Of a stretch of 10,471 nucleotides of DNA, positions 1 to 7,134 are shown piece after piece; positions within the stretch are counted from its first letter, which is position 1, and the number at the start of each line of letters is the position of its first letter. This stretch comes from an uncultured bacterium (GTDB lineage Bacteria; JAJVIF01; JAPKYR01), in contig CBDURU010000119.1 in the NCBI GenBank assembly GCA_965369865.1, positions 1-10,471 on the forward strand. The letters run 5' to 3'. Made by a program: the position numbers and the translations under genes. Under the pieces are notes generated by a model. It did no database searches. It saw nothing but the letters and a program-made list of their open reading frames with translations, and was not told where the DNA came from.

Positions 1-357
1 TGAGCGCCTGTAACCACGCCACCTTCGGGTAGGCGGAGAAGTTTTACGGCTTGACGCCCGCCGTAGCTTATGCGAAAGCGGGGAAGTACCAGGGGAGCCT
101 GCCACACCCAGTCAATGCCGGGGCAAGCCAGCGGTCGATCTTACATGGCCGTTCAACAGCTAACGCTGTCGGACAAGGTGCGACTTTCGGAGAAGCACTA
201 TTGTCTCATCGCGCGTCGGGTTCCGGAGTTTTACAAAAAAAAACGGAGGAAACAACAAGGCAAACACTGAAAAAATGGGGCTGACAGTTGAAAGTCATTC
301 AAAAACCTTCAATCTAATTAAGATACTATAAGTGGGCCTGTACCCGCCCACTTGATT

Positions 358-1194
358 ATGCACGCAGTTCTGAAACGCCATCGGACTTTCCTCACGTTCG
401 CCCTTGTATTTGGCTTCGTATACCTCGTGCTGTCAATACCGACTTTCGCGCAGGACACCGTCCTCACCGAGTCCCAGGGCACGGGCCAGGGAATCGAGGA
501 CGACGCGGGTATCAGCTTCCCTCTTCCAAACATTACTGTCGGGATAGGTTCGACAGAGGATCGCGAGGATGTTTCACTCGCGATGCAGATCCTGTTCATT
601 CTCACAATCCTCTCGCTCGCGCCGAGTATCCTGGTGCTGACGACGGGATTCACGCGAATGATAATCGTGTTGTCGCTGACACGGTCGGCGATGGGCACGC
701 AGCAGATGCCGCCGAACGCGGTAATAATCGGGCTGGCACTGTTCCTGACGCTGTTTGTCATGGCGCCGGTCGGAAAACAGATAAACGATGAAGCGCTGGG
801 GCCGTACCTCGCCGGAGAGATCACGTTCAGGGAAGGCGTCAAGCTTGCCGAAGCGCCGCTCAGGGATTTCATGATGAAGCAGACGCGCCGGAAAGATATG
901 GCGATGTTCCTTGGCGTCGCGAAGATCGAAAATGTACAGACGAAGGACGACGTCCCGACATACGTGGTAATTCCGGCGTTCGTAATTTCGGAACTGAAGA
1001 CCGCATTCGAGATGGGATTCCTGATATACCTTCCGTTCCTGATAATCGATATGGTGGTGGCGAGCACTCTGATGAGTATGGGTATGCTGATGCTCCCGCC
1101 TATTCTGATAAGTTTACCGTTCAAGGTGCTGTTGTTTGTGCTTGTCGACGGCTGGCACCTTCTGACGAGGAGCCTGATTCTCAGCTTCAACTAG
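358..1194 (+). CDS. fliP: Flagellar type III export apparatus protein FliP
   Basis: Translation has FliP-family motifs: LTILSLAPSILVLTTGFTRMIIVLS, GTQQMPPNAVIIGLALFLTLFVMAPV, IPAFVISELKTAFEMGFLIYLPFLIIDMVVASTLMSMGMLMLPPILISLPFKVLLFVLVDGW. It has an N-terminal signal-like segment. The start may be ATG 358 or TTG 352. Confidence 0.96.
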   Translation: MHAVLKRHRTFLTFALVFGFVYLVLSIPTFAQDTVLTESQGTGQGIEDDAGISFPLPNITVGIGSTEDREDVSLAMQILFILTILSLAPSILVLTTGFTRMIIVLSLTRSAMGTQQMPPNAVIIGLALFLTLFVMAPVGKQINDEALGPYLAGEITFREGVKLAEAPLRDFMMKQTRRKDMAMFLGVAKIENVQTKDDVPTYVVIPAFVISELKTAFEMGFLIYLPFLIIDMVVASTLMSMGMLMLPPILISLPFKVLLFVLVDGWHLLTRSLILSFN

Positions 1195-1251
1195 GAAATT
1201 ACATACTGGCAGTACGATTAACACGATCAGAAGGGTCGGGAGAATTTAATC

Positions 1252-1524
1252 ATGCATCCGGAAGATATTTACGCGGGTATAGGACAGAGAGCTTTAGTAA
1301 CGGCGGTGACAGTGGCCCTCCCGCTTCTCGGCGCAACGCTTCTGGTGGGTATTCTGATATCCATATTCCAGGCGGTGACGAGTATCCAGGAGATGACCTT
1401 GACATTTATTCCAAAGATTCTTGTGGTCGCTGCGGTTCTCTATTTTTTCGGACCGTGGATGAGCCAGGTACTTGTCGCGTTTTCGGCTGAACTCATAGGA
1501 AATCTCCCGGCATTTATCGGATGA
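1252..1524 (+). CDS. fliQ: Flagellar export apparatus protein FliQ
   Basis: 90-aa hydrophobic protein with the FliQ motif LVGILISIFQAVTSIQEMTLTFIPK. It follows fliP directly and has a GGGAG RBS upstream. Confidence 0.95.
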   Translation: MHPEDIYAGIGQRALVTAVTVALPLLGATLLVGILISIFQAVTSIQEMTLTFIPKILVVAAVLYFFGPWMSQVLVAFSAELIGNLPAFIG

Positions 1525-1587
1525 GAAAGATCGGCAAAGCAATTCTTTGATTACCTTTATGAAGGTGATTCAGGAGTGTGGTCTGTC

Positions 1588-1616
1588 TTGACAAGCGTGG
1601 GTATGTCAGTTAAATT
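1588..1616 (+). promoter_or_regulatory. sigma70-type promoter of tRNA-Glu
   Basis: TTGACA (1588-1593), 17-nt spacer, TAAATT (1611-1616), ending 12 nt before the tRNA 5' end. Confidence 0.8.
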
Positions 1617-1628
1617 AACAGGTTGCGC

Positions 1629-1703
1629 GGCCCCATCGTCTAGGGGTTAGGACACCACCCTCTCAAGGTGGCGACACGGGTTCAAATCCCGTTGGGGCTG
1701 CCA
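1629..1703 (+). tRNA. tRNA-Glu (anticodon CTC), CCA encoded
   Basis: Cloverleaf: acceptor stem GGCCCCA/TGGGGCT, anticodon arm CCACC-CTCTCAA-GGTGG (CTC at 1662-1664), T arm ACGGG-TTCAAAT-CCCGT, discriminator G followed by CCA at 1701-1703. Confidence 0.97.
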
Positions 1704-1750
1704 GATTGCAGAATCGGACCCTTTGGCAAGAATGTCAAAGGGTTTTGTTT
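1698..1750 (+). repeat. Junction element J0: tRNA 3' end CTGCCAG + GATTGCAGAATC dyad + intrinsic terminator
   Basis: Hairpin ACCCTTTGGC-AAGAAT-GTCAAAGGGT (1718-1743) followed by TTTGTTT. Positions 1698-1744 match 7143-7189 at 45/47 nt. Confidence 0.9.
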
Positions 1751-1912
1751 CTGTTCATAGGAATCTGCATAAACGCATGCACTCGAAATACTCCTGTATA
1801 ATGGCAGTTGTGGATAAACTCACAATTCTGCAGATTCTGATGGTTGCAACTATATTCTGATTCGGACGTCTATAACTTGACTGTCAAAACTATCAGGAAA
1901 ATTTATTATGAA

Positions 1913-2062
1913 ATGAGAAATCCAAAAGCATTCATGGCGCTTGGAATCAGTTTCATGGGCGCTGGATTAGCATTGAGTTCGACATCAAATCCCGGGATGT
2001 TCGGTCTCATAGCGCTCTGAGTTGTGTTTTTAGTTCTTGGAATCAAAAAATACAAGACATAG
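1913..2062 (+). pseudogene. Small two-helix membrane protein interrupted by an in-frame TGA
   Basis: Manual translation: MRNPKAFMALGISFMGAGLALSSTSNPGMFGLIAL*VVFLVLGIKKYKT*. The TGA at 2018-2020 lies inside the second hydrophobic helix, and the frame continues to a basic tail and TAG. Confidence 0.6.
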
Positions 2063-2152
2063 AATGTGCCACAGTAGAACTCAGGATGAACAGAACGTGA
2101 GAACCGAACAGAGTCAAGACCGAGTTGCCAAAGTGCCTGAATGAAACCTTGG

Positions 2153-2196
2153 TTGCAAAATCAAACCCTTTGACTAGAATGTCGGAGGGTCTTTTT
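2153..2196 (+). repeat. Junction element J1 (degenerate; core missing or displaced) with terminator-like hairpin
   Basis: TTGCAAAATCAAACCCTTTGACTAGAATGTCGGAGGGT matches 1706-1743 at 31/38 nt. The stem is preserved through G-U pairs and is followed by CTTTTT. Confidence 0.8.
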
Positions 2197-2329
2197 GTAG
2201 GTATTATACGGGATATCGCTCCTTACGCATGTACATCATAGTATTGAATTTCGCTATTCAATTATTGATGCTGACATTAAGAAGGCGATTACAAAAACGT
2301 CATAACTGGCAAAGGAAAATCAAACAGAT

Positions 2330-3478
2330 ATGCTGACATTTGGAGTCATCAGAACATCGAAAAAAGAGGAAGAAAGACGTGTACCAATTCATCCCGACCA
2401 CTTACAGCGAATTCCGGATCAAGTCCTTCGCAACCTGGTATTCGAGGAAGGGTATGGTGCACAATTTGGTATCGAGGACTCGGAAATTTCAGCTCTGACG
2501 GGAGGTATAGCCACTCGCCATGAAATATTATCCCGAATTGGGCGGGTTATCTTACCCAAGCCTGTAGTATCAGATCTGATGGAATTATGCGAAGGTGGAA
2601 TCCTGTGGGGTTGGCCACACTGTGTGCAGCAAAGGGATATTACTCAGGCGGCGATTGATCGAAGGCAGACACTAATCGCATTTGAGGATATGTTTGTCTG
2701 GGGACCTGACGGCCAGATCGGGCGGCACACGTTTTACAAGAACAACGAATTAGCCGGCTACTGCTCAGTATTACACGCCCTGCAACTTAAAGGAATCGAC
2801 GGGCATTATGGGAACCAGCGAAAGACGATTATTTTTAGTTTCGGCGCAGTCAGTCGCGGGGCTATCTATGCTCTCAAGGCGCGCGGTTTCAGAGATATCA
2901 CAATCTGCGTCCTGCGTCCCGACCACGAAGTACGTGAAGAAGTGCTTGATTGTCACTATGTCCGCATTCGGGAAGATCAAGATGCTGAAGCCCGTATTTT
3001 GATAATTGAGCACGATAGTACATCCCGGCCATTGAATGACCTGATCCGTGAATCAGATATCATTGTGAATGGGACCTATCAGGACCCCAACCATCCGCTG
3101 TTTTTTGTGACAGAAGATGAGATATCGTCGCTTAAACCAGGCTGCCTGATTATCGATATCAGTTGCGATGAAGGTATGGGCTTCTCTTTTGCCAGACCGA
3201 CCACATTTAAGGATCCAATGATTAAACTTGGCACGGTAGATTATTATGCTGTGGATCATTCGCCGAGTTATCTATGGGAAAGCGCCTCGCGATCAATTTC
3301 CGCAGCGCTCATCGTCCATTTGCCAACAGTCTTGGCGGGCCGTGAGAGCTGGCAGCAGAATGAAACCATTCGACAGGCTGTAAATATAGATGCCGGCGTG
3401 ATACAAAAACCGCTTATAGTGTCATTTCAGAAGCGTCAGCAAGCCTATCCCCACGCGGTTTCAACATCGGATACCTGA
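2330..3478 (+). CDS. N5-(carboxyethyl)ornithine synthase-like NAD(P)-dependent oxidoreductase (alanine dehydrogenase/PNT superfamily)
   Basis: N-terminal TSKKEEERRVPIHP and FEEGYG, then GWPHCVQ, FYKNNELAGY, a Rossmann-like IIFSFGAVSRGA, IIDISCDEGMGF and YYAVDHSPS. An AAGGAAA RBS lies upstream. Confidence 0.8.
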   Translation: MLTFGVIRTSKKEEERRVPIHPDHLQRIPDQVLRNLVFEEGYGAQFGIEDSEISALTGGIATRHEILSRIGRVILPKPVVSDLMELCEGGILWGWPHCVQQRDITQAAIDRRQTLIAFEDMFVWGPDGQIGRHTFYKNNELAGYCSVLHALQLKGIDGHYGNQRKTIIFSFGAVSRGAIYALKARGFRDITICVLRPDHEVREEVLDCHYVRIREDQDAEARILIIEHDSTSRPLNDLIRESDIIVNGTYQDPNHPLFFVTEDEISSLKPGCLIIDISCDEGMGFSFARPTTFKDPMIKLGTVDYYAVDHSPSYLWESASRSISAALIVHLPTVLAGRESWQQNETIRQAVNIDAGVIQKPLIVSFQKRQQAYPHAVSTSDT

Positions 3479-3610
3479 TTCGTGCCCGTGAACAAACTGC
3501 CACAGTAAATGTGAAGACGTCAACCACTCGAGTATTCATAAGGCTTTGGAAGGTCTTAGGTTACTCAGATCATTGATTCGTTTTCGAAGGACAAACCAGT
3601 CTCCCTCTAA

Positions 3611-3685
3611 CATGAAAGTTCGAAACTCGTCTACTATGCCCTGCCAGTTGAATATTCAACCTCTCGAATAACCGGGGGGTTTTTT
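3611..3685 (+). repeat. Junction element J2
   Basis: Left arm plus core (3611-3647) matches 8288-8324 at 31/37 nt. Core CTGCCAG at 3641-3647, palindrome GTTGAATATTCAAC at 3647-3660, hairpin AACCTCTCG/CGGGGGGTT, then a T tract. Confidence 0.88.
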
Positions 3686-3748
3686 AAATTCGGCTTTACA
3701 TGACCCGAATAGCATATTTAAATGTGGACCAATCTTCACGGGCAGGTT

Positions 3749-3781
3749 AAAAAAAATACCCGGAGACTCTTGTCTCCGGGT
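3749..3781 (-). terminator. Intrinsic terminator of the RRM gene
   Basis: Perfect 10-bp stem ACCCGGAGAC-TCTT-GTCTCCGGGT (3758-3781), with an A8 tract at 3749-3756 that reads as a U tract on the minus strand, about 30 nt downstream of the stop codon. Confidence 0.85.
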
Positions 3782-3812
3782 TGAGATTACTAGCTATTCA
3801 AGCTGTTTTGGT

Positions 3813-4109
3813 CTAGTATCGACCTCTGCCGCCTCCGTAGCCGCCGCGATTGTTATCTCGCCGGGGCGCTCTCGGGCGCGCCTCATTAACAGTAATCGAT
3901 CTGCCGTCAACCTCAGTTCCATTTAGCACATTCATTGCTTCCTGGGCCTGCTCTTGATTCGACATCTCCACGAAACCGAAACCTTTCGATCGGCCAGTGT
4001 CGCGGTCAGTTATTACAGTGGCTGTATCCACTTCGCCATATTGCGTGAACATGGCACTCAGTTTGTCATCATCGACGTCATAACTGAGATTTCCAACGTA
4101 AATTTTCAT
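3813..4109 (-). CDS. RRM (RNP-1) RNA-binding protein with Gly/Arg-rich tail
   Basis: RNP2 motif IYVGNL, RNP1 motif KGFGFVEM, DRDTGRS loop, VNEARPR and a GGYGGGRGRY tail. GGAG RBS upstream. Confidence 0.95.
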   Translation of the reverse strand: MKIYVGNLSYDVDDDKLSAMFTQYGEVDTATVITDRDTGRSKGFGFVEMSNQEQAQEAMNVLNGTEVDGRSITVNEARPRAPRRDNNRGGYGGGRGRY

Positions 4110-4186
4110 TTACTCTCCAGTTTATACCTCGGGGATCAGTTTTTCTTATTGGGAATCTGTCCTATGGGAGGATATAATATATTTAA

Positions 4187-4215
4187 ACTATATGAAATAA
4201 TTATGAAATAGTCAA
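4187..4215 (-). promoter_or_regulatory. Putative sigma70 promoter of the RRM gene
   Basis: On the minus strand: TTGACT (4215-4210), 17-nt spacer, TATAGT (4192-4187). Confidence 0.65.
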
Positions 4216-4329
4216 GTAACTTAGCCCGGCAGCTAACTCTACCGGATTCCAATAATTATTTCCACACCGGGTCGCCATTCACCCTCCCCCTGTTTTATTA
4301 GCATGTAAAAAAGGGGACGGAAAAAGGTA

Positions 4330-4397
4330 ACACGGGTTCAAATCCCGTTGGGTCTGCCAGTGAATATTCAACCTCCCGGAAATCGGGAGTTTTTTTT
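4330..4397 (+). repeat. Junction element J3: duplicated tRNA-Glu 3' portion (att-like) + terminator
   Basis: 4330-4360 ACACGGGTTCAAATCCCGTTGGGTCTGCCAG matches 1674-1704 at 30/31 nt. It is followed by the palindrome TGAATATTCA, the hairpin CTCCCG/CGGGAG and T8. Confidence 0.92.
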
Positions 4398-4461
4398 ATC
4401 GCACTACTGTAACGCACGTGCAGTTCAAAGAAATGTCAGATATTGCCCTGGGAAGCGTCAC

Positions 4462-4490
4462 TTGAATCAGTGTCTCATTTCCCATAAAAT
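4462..4490 (+). promoter_or_regulatory. Putative sigma70 promoter of the cytochrome c gene
   Basis: TTGAAT (4462-4467), 17-nt spacer, TAAAAT (4485-4490), 50 nt upstream of an ATG that has a GGAGGG RBS. Confidence 0.55.
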
Positions 4491-4540
4491 AGAGGATTAG
4501 AGTTACGTCATATCATATGTCATGAATTTTTGGAGGGAAG

Positions 4541-5833
4541 ATGCCTAAATCAATAATCGTACTACTCATATCTATTCCAGTGCTAATAGTAATTACGCTG
4601 GTCTCAGCAACCGCAACCGGCACTGGGCTCGGCCACCCACAAAGTGGAATGTACCAGATTGGCGATTTCACCGAGCCGAATACCTGCGGCATGTGCCATC
4701 CGCTTCAGTTCGAACAATGGCAGGGCACGATGCACAATCGAAGTACAGATGACCCGTTCTACATGCGGATAGTGAAAATTGCGGAAGAGGATATTCCGGG
4801 GATCAGTGAATTTTGCCATAACTGCCATGCCCCTGTCGCCGTCCTGACCGGGCAGGATCCGATGAATCCGGAGTCTCTTGATCCAGCGGCAAAACAAGGA
4901 CTCAGTTGTGATTTCTGCCATACTGTATCAGGCATGGAACATACCGGAAATTTCGGCTACACCTCCGATCCCGGCACATTAAAACGAGGACCTTTCGGTG
5001 CGGAACCGCCAATCTTTCATACGACCGAGTTGTCAGAGCTGCATGACAGCGCCGAGTTCTGCGGGAATTGCCACAACGTCAACCATCCGTTGAACGGCTT
5101 GGCACTGGAAACCACATACACCGAATTCCTTGATGGACCCTACTCTAAAGAAGGCTACAAATGCCAGACCTGCCACATGACTCCCGGCCTGGTGGAGTTC
5201 GAGGCTTTCCCCGCTGCCAGCGCAACCGGCGCCATAGAACGCGAGCATATATGGACGCACTGGTTTGTAGGCGCCAATGTCTGGATCCCGGAGATGCTTG
5301 GTCATGATGAGCCAGCCCGGATCGCCCGTGATCGACTGGCCCGGGCGGCCGAGATTGAAATTGAGCCTTATGAGATCAACGGCGGTGAGTTACGCTTCGA
5401 AATCAACGTTACAAATGTTGGTGCCGGCCATATGCTGCCAACCGGTGTCACAGAGGAACGGCAAGTCTGGCTGGAGGTCGAGCTTTATGATGAAAACGGG
5501 GAGTTGCTTGAGCATTGGGGCGCGACAGATGAACATGGCAAGATTGCTGAGGATACATTGATCCTGGGCACCGTGTTCGGTGACGCGAATGGCGACCCGA
5601 CTCACAAGATCTGGTTTGCCGAAAGTGTGCTCGAGGACCGCCGGATTGCCCCGCGTGAGACAGACAGCCAAGGCTACAGCTTCCCGTTCAGCACCAGCGA
5701 GGTCGGACGCATCGTGGCTCGACTTTGGTACCGCTCCAGCCACCAGGATTTCGTCGACGTATTATTCGCCGACGCCGAAGAGCGAGTAATCGTGCCACTT
5801 ATCCTTATGGATGAAGCGGAATATACTCCGTAG
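4541..5833 (+). CDS. Exported multiheme (5 CxxCH) c-type cytochrome, c554/c552-like family
   Basis: N-terminal signal or TM segment. Heme motifs CGMCH, CHNCH, CDFCH, CGNCH and CQTCH. C-terminal NVGAGHMLPTG motif typical of this family. Confidence 0.9.
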   Translation: MPKSIIVLLISIPVLIVITLVSATATGTGLGHPQSGMYQIGDFTEPNTCGMCHPLQFEQWQGTMHNRSTDDPFYMRIVKIAEEDIPGISEFCHNCHAPVAVLTGQDPMNPESLDPAAKQGLSCDFCHTVSGMEHTGNFGYTSDPGTLKRGPFGAEPPIFHTTELSELHDSAEFCGNCHNVNHPLNGLALETTYTEFLDGPYSKEGYKCQTCHMTPGLVEFEAFPAASATGAIEREHIWTHWFVGANVWIPEMLGHDEPARIARDRLARAAEIEIEPYEINGGELRFEINVTNVGAGHMLPTGVTEERQVWLEVELYDENGELLEHWGATDEHGKIAEDTLILGTVFGDANGDPTHKIWFAESVLEDRRIAPRETDSQGYSFPFSTSEVGRIVARLWYRSSHQDFVDVLFADAEERVIVPLILMDEAEYTP

Positions 5834-5920
5834 CTGCAAGGGCCACATGTGCTTAGCTAAGCATGCTCTTAAATGGGTAACTGATTGGAATTTGGTAATT
5901 CTTTCCGGATTGAAATCATG

Positions 5921-5975
5921 GACAATGCCCTGCCAGTGAAATTTTAATCCTTCATATAGCATGAGGGATTTTTTT
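5921..5975 (+). repeat. Junction element J4
   Basis: ACAATGCCCTGCCAGTGAAATTTTAA, with core at 5930-5936 and ATGCCCTGCCAGT shared with J2. Hairpin AATCCTTCAT-ATAGC-ATGAGGGATT (5946-5970) followed by a T tract. Confidence 0.85.
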
Positions 5976-6008
5976 ATAATTTTTCTCTTACAGGCGATAA
6001 CTTATGGT

Positions 6009-7043
6009 CTAATCCTGAAAAATCTGCCTGTAGACATGGCAGTAAGGTGTGTTGCCGTTTTTCTCATAGTAATCCTGATGATATTCATCCGCCGGATAAA
6101 ATTCAGTGGCTTGTGAGAGTAAGGTAGCGACGTCATATTCCATATCCTGAAGGATTTCAATGAGCCTTTCGGCAGTATTTTTCTGCTCATCGTTATAGTA
6201 AAAAATCTCTGAGCGATATTGCGTACCGATATCGGGACCCTGACGGTCAACCTGTGTAAAATCGTGAGTCTCGAAAAATAATTTCAGGAGCTTTTCGTAG
6301 GACGTTAATTCAGGGTCGTAAATTATCTCCACCGCCTCGGCATGTCCGGTAGTGCCATTGCAGACGTCCCCGTAGGATGGATCCTCAATATTACCGCCGG
6401 TGAAGCCCACAGATGTTGAGATCAACCCATCTAAATTATTGAAATAGTATTCGACACCCCAGAAACATCCCGATGCGAACAATGCTTTTTGATAACTACT
6501 TTCTTCATTCTCCAGTGCTGTAGTTTCTTCCTCAGGGATTGATGCGGAAGACTCATCAGCGGGTGTGAAATTGAGCGATATTGAATTTACACAGTGGCGC
6601 GTGTCTTTATCGGTCATGCCTTCACCGTAAAACACATGCCCAAGATGGGCACCACAGTTCGTACAAGTGATTTCTGTCCGAATACCGTCCGCATCCGGGA
6701 CTTTATCAACTGCACCCGGAATTTCATCATCGAAACTGGGCCATCCGCAGTGAGAATCGAATTTGTCGGACGATATGTAAAGCTCAGCGCCGCATTGTTT
6801 GCAGGTGTAAACACCATCCGCTTCGTGGTGCAGGTATTCTCCGGTAAATGGGGTCTCGGTTCCCTTGTTAATAATAATATGCTCTTCTTCCGGTGTAAGA
6901 TCGTTGTACACAGTGTTGGCTCCAGATTCTCCATTTCGTAATGATTGTGATCCAATATGACAGATACTTTTACAGGATAACAGAATTATCAGTAATAACG
7001 CTCCAAGCGTCAGTAACAGAAAATATTTGAGGATTGAATTCAT
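6009..7043 (-). CDS. msrAB: Bifunctional peptide methionine sulfoxide reductase (MsrB-MsrA order), probable lipoprotein
   Basis: MsrB domain: KGTETPFTG, Zn-binding CKQC/CTNC, CGWPSF, HLGHVF, RHCVNS. MsrA domain: GCFWG, TGHAEAV, RQGPDIGTQYRS, ADEYHQDY. ATG 7043 has an AAGGTGAT RBS and gives a signal peptide ending in LLSC. The ORF track start at 7076 is an alternative. Confidence 0.95.
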   Translation of the reverse strand: MNSILKYFLLLTLGALLLIILLSCKSICHIGSQSLRNGESGANTVYNDLTPEEEHIIINKGTETPFTGEYLHHEADGVYTCKQCGAELYISSDKFDSHCGWPSFDDEIPGAVDKVPDADGIRTEITCTNCGAHLGHVFYGEGMTDKDTRHCVNSISLNFTPADESSASIPEEETTALENEESSYQKALFASGCFWGVEYYFNNLDGLISTSVGFTGGNIEDPSYGDVCNGTTGHAEAVEIIYDPELTSYEKLLKLFFETHDFTQVDRQGPDIGTQYRSEIFYYNDEQKNTAERLIEILQDMEYDVATLLSQATEFYPADEYHQDYYEKNGNTPYCHVYRQIFQD

Positions 7044-7134
7044 TGTTACGATCACCTTATATGTCTGTGCAGACATATCAATATACCATAACCAAGGGTA
7101 AATTTTAACCTTGGTGAAATAATATTATTGGATA

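Noticed and set aside
51..284. ORFs 51-284 and 70-270 as a possible fliO or leader gene
   Set aside because: No transmembrane segment or family motif, and they overlap hairpins and A-runs.
255..300. AAGGCAAACACTGAAAAAATGGGGC resembling the start of a c-di-GMP-I riboswitch upstream of fliP
   Set aside because: It lacks the following GACGCAAAG and P3 stem, and the P2 pairing is poor.
318..1542. Long antisense ORFs 318-1190 and 1294-1542
   Set aside because: They are shadows of the clearly identified fliP and fliQ and have no recognisable motifs.
2018..2020. TGA as selenocysteine in the small ORF
   Set aside because: It lies in the middle of a transmembrane helix with no redox motif and no evident SECIS-like hairpin downstream.
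4287..4316. Imperfect inverted repeat CCCCTGTTTTA/TAAAAAAGGGG just left of the tRNA fragment
   Set aside because: Low complexity with no counterpart at the other junctions, so no role can be assigned.
5214..5220. Extra CTGCCAG inside the cytochrome gene, other CTGCCA hits at Cys-His codons, and reverse-strand hits at 1206, 3350 and 8020
   Set aside because: They lack the left arm, dyad and hairpin context, and are explained by coding sequence or chance.
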